From positions 1 to 64,000 of the forward strand of contig CAMAVY010000002.1 in assembly GCA_945861675.1 (NCBI GenBank): a stretch of 64,000 nt of DNA, written 5' to 3'. Below the pieces are notes generated by a model. It worked only from the letters and a program-made list of their open reading frames with translations, did not search any database and was not told the DNA's origin. How positions within the stretch are numbered: the stretch's first letter is position 1; each line of letters opens with the position of its first letter. The stretch is from Klebsiella pneumoniae (GTDB lineage Bacteria > Pseudomonadota > Gammaproteobacteria > Pseudomonadales > Azotimanducaceae). This document shows positions 59,482 to 64,000 of this stretch, piece by piece. The position numbers were made by a program, and so were the translations under genes.

Positions 59482-61329
59482 ATGCCAAAGGCGCGCATCC
59501 AGATTCTTCCTGCCGCATTGGCCAATCAGATCGCGGCCGGCGAAGTTGTTGAGCGTCCGGCGTCGGTGCTGAAGGAGTTTCTCGAGAACAGCCTGGATGC
59601 GGGGGCCGATCAGATCGACGTCGATGTCGAGGCTGGTGGCGTCAAGCTGATTCGCGTGCGTGACAATGGCACGGGCATCCATGGCGATGACCTTGCACTT
59701 GCGCTGGCGCGGCATGCAACCAGCAAAGTGGTGCAGGCCAGCGACCTCGAAGCGATCTCGACGTTGGGTTTCCGCGGCGAAGCACTGGCCAGCATCGCAT
59801 CGGTAGCGCATCTGCGAGTTGTGTCGCACGCGCAAGGCGCGCCGCACGCGTGGGCGTACGACGGCGTGGGTGACGTTGTTCCTGCAGGGCATCCGCCCGG
59901 CACCAGCGTGGAAGCGCGCGACCTGTTCTACAACACACCAGCGCGGCGGCGATTCCTGCGCAGCGAACGCACGGAGCTGTCGCACATTGAAGAAACGGTG
60001 CGGCGACTCGCGCTGGCACGCCCGGAAGTTGGGTTTTCGCTGCGGCACAACGGGCGTGTGCTCATCGATCTTGCTGCAGTGTCATCCACCGCTGAACTGC
60101 TGCAACGCGTGGCTGCCGTGTGCGGTCAACCGTTCGCCGATGTTGCGCTTGTCACCGAGCACAACGACGGCGCTTTGCGCCTGCATGGATGGCTGGGCCA
60201 CCCGACGTTTACGCGCGGGCAGGCGGACCTGCAGTTCCTGTTCATCAACGGTCGCCTGGTGCGCGATCGCATGGTTGCTGCGGCGGTTCGCCGCGCGTAC
60301 GCAGACGTGTTGTTTGGTACCCGCCATCCAGCCTGGTTGTTGTATCTGGAAATCGATCCGCGTGAAGTGGATGTCAACGTGCATCCGACCAAACACGAGG
60401 TGCGCTTTCGTGACGGACGTTCCGTGCACGATTTTGTATTTCGGGCTGTGCGCGACACGGTGCGACAGCTCGACAGCGGCAGCATCGCGCGCTCGCTGGA
60501 TGGCGATGCGGGCGCAGCGGTGAATCAAGTTGTGGACGTGTTTGCGTATGTAGTGCCTGGCCCTGCAGCGCACGGCGTACTGCGGCAGCACAGCTCGACT
60601 GGCTCGCCAACGCAGCACAGCATGCCGCTGCTGCAACGCCCCTCTGCTGTTTCTGTTGGACAGCTCGATGCGGCGCACGCGGCGCGCGCCGACGGTTACG
60701 TGAGCGAGTCGCTGGACCAGGCGACGATGTCGCCAGGCGGCGGTGCTCCTGCGCTGGGCTTTGCTATTGCGCAGCTGCACGGCATCTACGTGCTGGCGCA
60801 GAACGCGGAAGGTCTTGTGCTGGTCGACATGCATGGCGCGCACGAACGCATCACGTTTGAGCGGATGAAGCGCGCGCTGGCACGCGGTGCGTTGGCGTCA
60901 CAACGCTTGTTGGTGCCGGTGCGCGTAGCCGTCACGCCGCGTGAAGCGCAGCTCGGCGAAGCGTCGGCGGAAGAACTTGCGCAGCTTGGACTGGTGCTGG
61001 ATCGCCTGGGACCAGCCGAACTGATCGTTCGCGAAGTACCGGCTGCGTTGGCATTCGTTGATGCGGCCGCGTTGCTGCGTGAAGTGCTTGCGGCCGCAGG
61101 TGATCACGGTGCCGCTGCGCAACTGCAGCGCTCGCAGGAAGAACTGCTTGCCGACATCGCCTGCCATTCCGCTGTGCGCGCACAGCGGCGCTTGACGTTG
61201 CCGGAAATGAACCAGCTGCTGCGCGACATCGAAACCACCGAATGTGGTGGGCAGTGCAGTCATGGTCGGCCAACTGTTGTGCAGATGGAACTCAAAGACA
61301 TCGATCGACTGTTCCTGCGCGGTCGTTGA
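59482..61329 (+). CDS. mutL: DNA mismatch repair protein MutL
   Basis: GHKL ATPase N-terminus (ANQIAAGEVVERPASVLKE.ENSLDAGA) and C-terminal dimerisation domain. Confidence 0.9.
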   Translation: MPKARIQILPAALANQIAAGEVVERPASVLKEFLENSLDAGADQIDVDVEAGGVKLIRVRDNGTGIHGDDLALALARHATSKVVQASDLEAISTLGFRGEALASIASVAHLRVVSHAQGAPHAWAYDGVGDVVPAGHPPGTSVEARDLFYNTPARRRFLRSERTELSHIEETVRRLALARPEVGFSLRHNGRVLIDLAAVSSTAELLQRVAAVCGQPFADVALVTEHNDGALRLHGWLGHPTFTRGQADLQFLFINGRLVRDRMVAAAVRRAYADVLFGTRHPAWLLYLEIDPREVDVNVHPTKHEVRFRDGRSVHDFVFRAVRDTVRQLDSGSIARSLDGDAGAAVNQVVDVFAYVVPGPAAHGVLRQHSSTGSPTQHSMPLLQRPSAVSVGQLDAAHAARADGYVSESLDQATMSPGGGAPALGFAIAQLHGIYVLAQNAEGLVLVDMHGAHERITFERMKRALARGALASQRLLVPVRVAVTPREAQLGEASAEELAQLGLVLDRLGPAELIVREVPAALAFVDAAALLREVLAAAGDHGAAAQLQRSQEELLADIACHSAVRAQRRLTLPEMNQLLRDIETTECGGQCSHGRPTVVQMELKDIDRLFLRGR

Positions 61330-62346
61330 ATGGCGCTCCCTGTCGTGTTTCTGATGGGCGCGACCGCCGCAGGTAAATCGGCGCTCGCATTGGCACTGGC
61401 GCGGGAGTTGCCGGTCGACGTGATCAGTGTCGACGCGACCCAGGTCTATCGTGGCCTGGACATCGGCTCGGCCAAACCGGATGCCGCTACCCTGGCCGAG
61501 GTGCGGCACCAACTGGTCGACATACGTGAGCCGTGGGAAACCTACTCTGCAGCTGCGTTTCGTGAAGATGCAATGCAGGCGATCCGTAACAGCCACGCCG
61601 AGGCGCGCGTGCCGCTGCTGGTCGGTGGCACGATGCTGTACTTCAAGGCGCTGCGCGATGGCCTTGCTGACCTGCCGAGCGCTGCACCAGAGATCCGCGC
61701 AGATCTGCAGGCCCGTGCTGATCGCGATGGTTGGCCGGCCCTGCATGCCTGGCTTGCTGAAGTCGATCCGCGGACAGCTGGACGATTGCAGCCACGCGAT
61801 CGTCAACGTGTGCAACGGGCTCTGGAAGTCTTTCTCAGCACGGGCACGCCGATGAGCGATTTGTTGCAGCTGACGCCGCAGGGGCTCGCGGCATCACCCG
61901 AATACAGATTGCTCGAGTTCGCGGTTGGTCCACCAACGCGGCGGCAATTGGATGCGGCAATTGCCGCCCGCTTCGATGCCATGCTGGCCGGTGGCTTGGT
62001 TGAGGAAGTATCCAGCTTGCTCGCCCGACCAGGCATGTCGCTTGATCTGCCGGCCATGCGTTCGGTGGGCTATCGACAGGTCGCCGAGTATCTGGCCGGT
62101 CGGTTGTCGTTTGCCGATGTACGCGAGCAGGGCCTGCTTGCGACCCGGGGGCTCGCAAAGCGTCAGTACACGTGGATGCGCAAATGGAGCGGATTGCGTT
62201 GGCTCGGATGGCACGCGCTGAACGCGCACGGCACAGCAGCAGATGCTGAAGCGGCGACCGAACACGACCAGCAACATCCGAGCGTGCGATTGCACTTTGC
62301 CATCAGCGCCATTCGTTCTGCGCTCGCGGCGCCGCCCGGGGTTTAG
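61330..62346 (+). CDS. miaA: tRNA dimethylallyltransferase
   Basis: P-loop GATAAGKS and conserved DxxQxYRG segment. Follows mutL as in the E. coli amiB-mutL-miaA-hfq-hflX operon. Confidence 0.9.
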   Translation: MALPVVFLMGATAAGKSALALALARELPVDVISVDATQVYRGLDIGSAKPDAATLAEVRHQLVDIREPWETYSAAAFREDAMQAIRNSHAEARVPLLVGGTMLYFKALRDGLADLPSAAPEIRADLQARADRDGWPALHAWLAEVDPRTAGRLQPRDRQRVQRALEVFLSTGTPMSDLLQLTPQGLAASPEYRLLEFAVGPPTRRQLDAAIAARFDAMLAGGLVEEVSSLLARPGMSLDLPAMRSVGYRQVAEYLAGRLSFADVREQGLLATRGLAKRQYTWMRKWSGLRWLGWHALNAHGTAADAEAATEHDQQHPSVRLHFAISAIRSALAAPPGV

Positions 62347-62601
62347 TCGATCGAGCGGCAACGGTTCGCGGCCCTTAACTTAATTGGCAGGGCGCAGTGC
62401 TTCGCAAAGTGCTCGATGGTCGCGGGCAGGAATGCAGCGCTGAACCGTAGTGTCGTGCTGAATTCAGCGGCTATCCTTGAATAATCTGTTGGGGGCCGCC
62501 ATAGTACTTTCCGCACTTAGCCGGTTTTGATGACCGCGTCGCGCGGAATATGTGTGCCGCGCCATCGATACCGCGGACGACCGACCGAGGGAGACCTGCC
62601 G

Positions 62602-62913
62602 ATGTCAAAAGGACATTCGCTTCAAGATCCGTTTCTGAATGCCTTGCGCAAGGAACGGGTGCCGGTCTCCATCTATCTTGTGAATGGCATCAAGCTCCAG
62701 GGCCAGATCGAGTCGTTCGATCAGTTCGTCATTCTGCTTCGGAACTCCGTCAGCCAGATGGTCTACAAGCACGCAATATCGACAGTCGTACCAGCGCGCA
62801 ACGTGCGCTTGCCCGGCATCGATGAAGAAGACGATGAGGTTGATTCTGTCGCGTCCTCAACCGCTTCATCTGGGGCGGCGCGGCGAGCGGGAGTCGTTCA
62901 CGATGATACGTAA
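62602..62913 (+). CDS. hfq: RNA chaperone Hfq
   Basis: [46 protein letters not shown] Sm motifs. Acidic/Ser-rich C-terminal tail. GAGGGAG RBS. Confidence 0.9.
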   Translation: MSKGHSLQDPFLNALRKERVPVSIYLVNGIKLQGQIESFDQFVILLRNSVSQMVYKHAISTVVPARNVRLPGIDEEDDEVDSVASSTASSGAARRAGVVHDDT

Positions 62914-63043
62914 CGCCCAGGCAGCCTGAGCTTCAGGCTGAACCATTGCCCTGGCATTTCCACAGCGCGTTGCGTTGGCGAATCCGTCAGGGCTGTGTGG
63001 CGACTACAGTGCACTGTGGCGAGATCATCTGTGAGAACAACTT

Positions 63044-64000
63044 ATGTGGCTATTTGAAAGACCGGCCGCCGGTACTCGGGCGCTGGTGGTTGTTGTGCAC
63101 CCGAAATGGCGCGATGACAGCGAACATGCCGACGAGTTCGCCGAGCTTGCGCGGGCTGCCGGTGCAGAGATCGTTGAGTCGCTTGAGTTGCAGCTGGCAC
63201 GTCCGGACCCCGGGCACTACTTCACCAAGGGCAAACTTGAAGAAGTCGTTGCGGCCGCTGAACGCAGTAATGCCGACGTCGTGCTGCTCAGTGAAGACCT
63301 GAGCCCCGCGCAGGAACGCAACATCGAGAAGCGTCTGCAGCGGCGGCTGGTGGGCCGAACCGAGCTGATCATCGACATCTTTGCGCAGCGTGCACGCACC
63401 CATGAGGGGAAGCTGCAGGTCGAGCTGGCGCAGTTGCGCCATATGTCCACGCGGCTGGTGCGCGGCTGGACCCACCTTGATCGACAGAAGGGCGGCGTGG
63501 GCATGCGTGGCGCCGGAGAGACTCAGCTTGAGCTGGATCACCGCCTGGTCGCAGACCGGATTCGACACACGGAAGGGCAACTTGAGCGGGTGCGGCAGCG
63601 CCGTGCGCTCGGCCGCCGTCATCGGCAACGCCAGGACACGGCTACGGTTGCCTTGGTCGGCTACACGAATGCAGGCAAGTCGACACTGTTCAATCGGCTC
63701 TCGTCGTCGTCTGTGCTGGTTGCGGACATGCTGTTTGCCACGCTTGACCCGACCATGCGTGGCGTCCGGTTTCCGGGTGCAGGGGAGGCGGTGCTGGCAG
63801 ATACCGTCGGGTTTGTGCGGCGGCTACCGCACCGATTGGTTGATGCGTTCAAGGCAACGCTTGAAGAATTGCGCGAGGCCGATCTGCTGGTGCACGTGAT
63901 CGATGCTTCGTCGGAACGCTGCATAGAACAGTGGGACAACGTGGAAGAGGTGTTGCGCGAGGTCGGCGCGGACGCATTGCCGCGTATTGATGTGCTGAAC
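63044..64000 (+). CDS. hflX: GTPase HflX (3'-truncated by the window end)
   Basis: MWLFERPAAG... HflX N-domain and G-domain motifs (GYTNAGKSTLFN, DTVGF). No stop before position 64000. Confidence 0.85.
   Translation, partial: MWLFERPAAGTRALVVVVHPKWRDDSEHADEFAELARAAGAEIVESLELQLARPDPGHYFTKGKLEEVVAAAERSNADVVLLSEDLSPAQERNIEKRLQRRLVGRTELIIDIFAQRARTHEGKLQVELAQLRHMSTRLVRGWTHLDRQKGGVGMRGAGETQLELDHRLVADRIRHTEGQLERVRQRRALGRRHRQRQDTATVALVGYTNAGKSTLFNRLSSSSVLVADMLFATLDPTMRGVRFPGAGEAVLADTVGFVRRLPHRLVDAFKATLEELREADLLVHVIDASSERCIEQWDNVEEVLREVGADALPRIDVLN

Noticed and set aside
62350-62600. miaA-hfq intergenic region checked for tRNA/sRNA; imperfect hairpin CAGCGCTGAA-N18-TTCAGCGGCT at ~62430-62470
   Set aside because: No cloverleaf-compatible sequence. 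Hairpin lacks a U-tract. Most likely hfq promoter/UTR sequence, as hfq promoters lie within and after miaA in enterics.
63050-63628. 192-aa minus ORF and other small ORFs at 62946-63302 (+), 63381-63899 (+), 63661-63939 (-) at the window end
   Set aside because: They overlap the hflX reading frame (63044 to the window end), which has unambiguous GTPase homology but no stop inside the window, so it is absent from the ORF track.
1-64000. Searched for CRISPR arrays, rRNA, tRNA, integrase/transposase genes and IS inverted repeats
   Set aside because: No regularly spaced direct repeats with unique spacers. No rRNA/tRNA-like conserved segments. No recombinase ORFs. The only mobile-type content is the vapBC cassette and the pseudogene fragments.

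Overview
High-GC (~65-70%) gammaproteobacterial chromosome segment, mostly conserved core genome. Gene order recalls the E. coli 68-69 min region (parC / parE-yqiB-tolC / yqiK-hldE-glnE) and the Pseudomonas aeruginosa glnE-waaF-waaC-waaP LPS inner-core cluster. Main blocks: (i) fabV, hemE, a membrane class III nucleotide cyclase; (ii) a ~4.4 kb accessory islet between hemE and ilvD holding three paralogous 27-aa hydrophobic peptide genes around a LysR regulator with conserved palindromic operators, a degraded CPBP/Abi-like gene, a VapBC toxin-antitoxin pair and a degraded BTAD-like regulator; (iii) argE-argA-ilvD; (iv) an orphan GspE-family ATPase apparently co-transcribed with a YqiK-type flotillin, then glnE; (v) LPS core/lipid A genes: waaF, waaC, three Kdo/WaaP-type kinase domains, carbamoyltransferase, lpxL, hldE, waaA; (vi) tolC-yqiB-parE-dedA-parC; (vii) c-di-GMP/cAMP signalling genes (FimX-like REC-PAS-GGDEF*-EAL* with an upstream PilZ-like protein; a membrane pseudo-cyclase); (viii) epmB-efp-epmA, psd, orn, queG, nnr-tsaE-amiC-mutL-miaA-hfq-hflX. 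No rRNA, tRNA or CRISPR found. Many genes carry in-frame short tandem repeats. Most long ORFs antisense to these genes are GC-driven artefacts. Where the ORF track begins at TTG/GTG, starts were re-assessed. Hand-indexed coordinates may be off by 1-2 nt.
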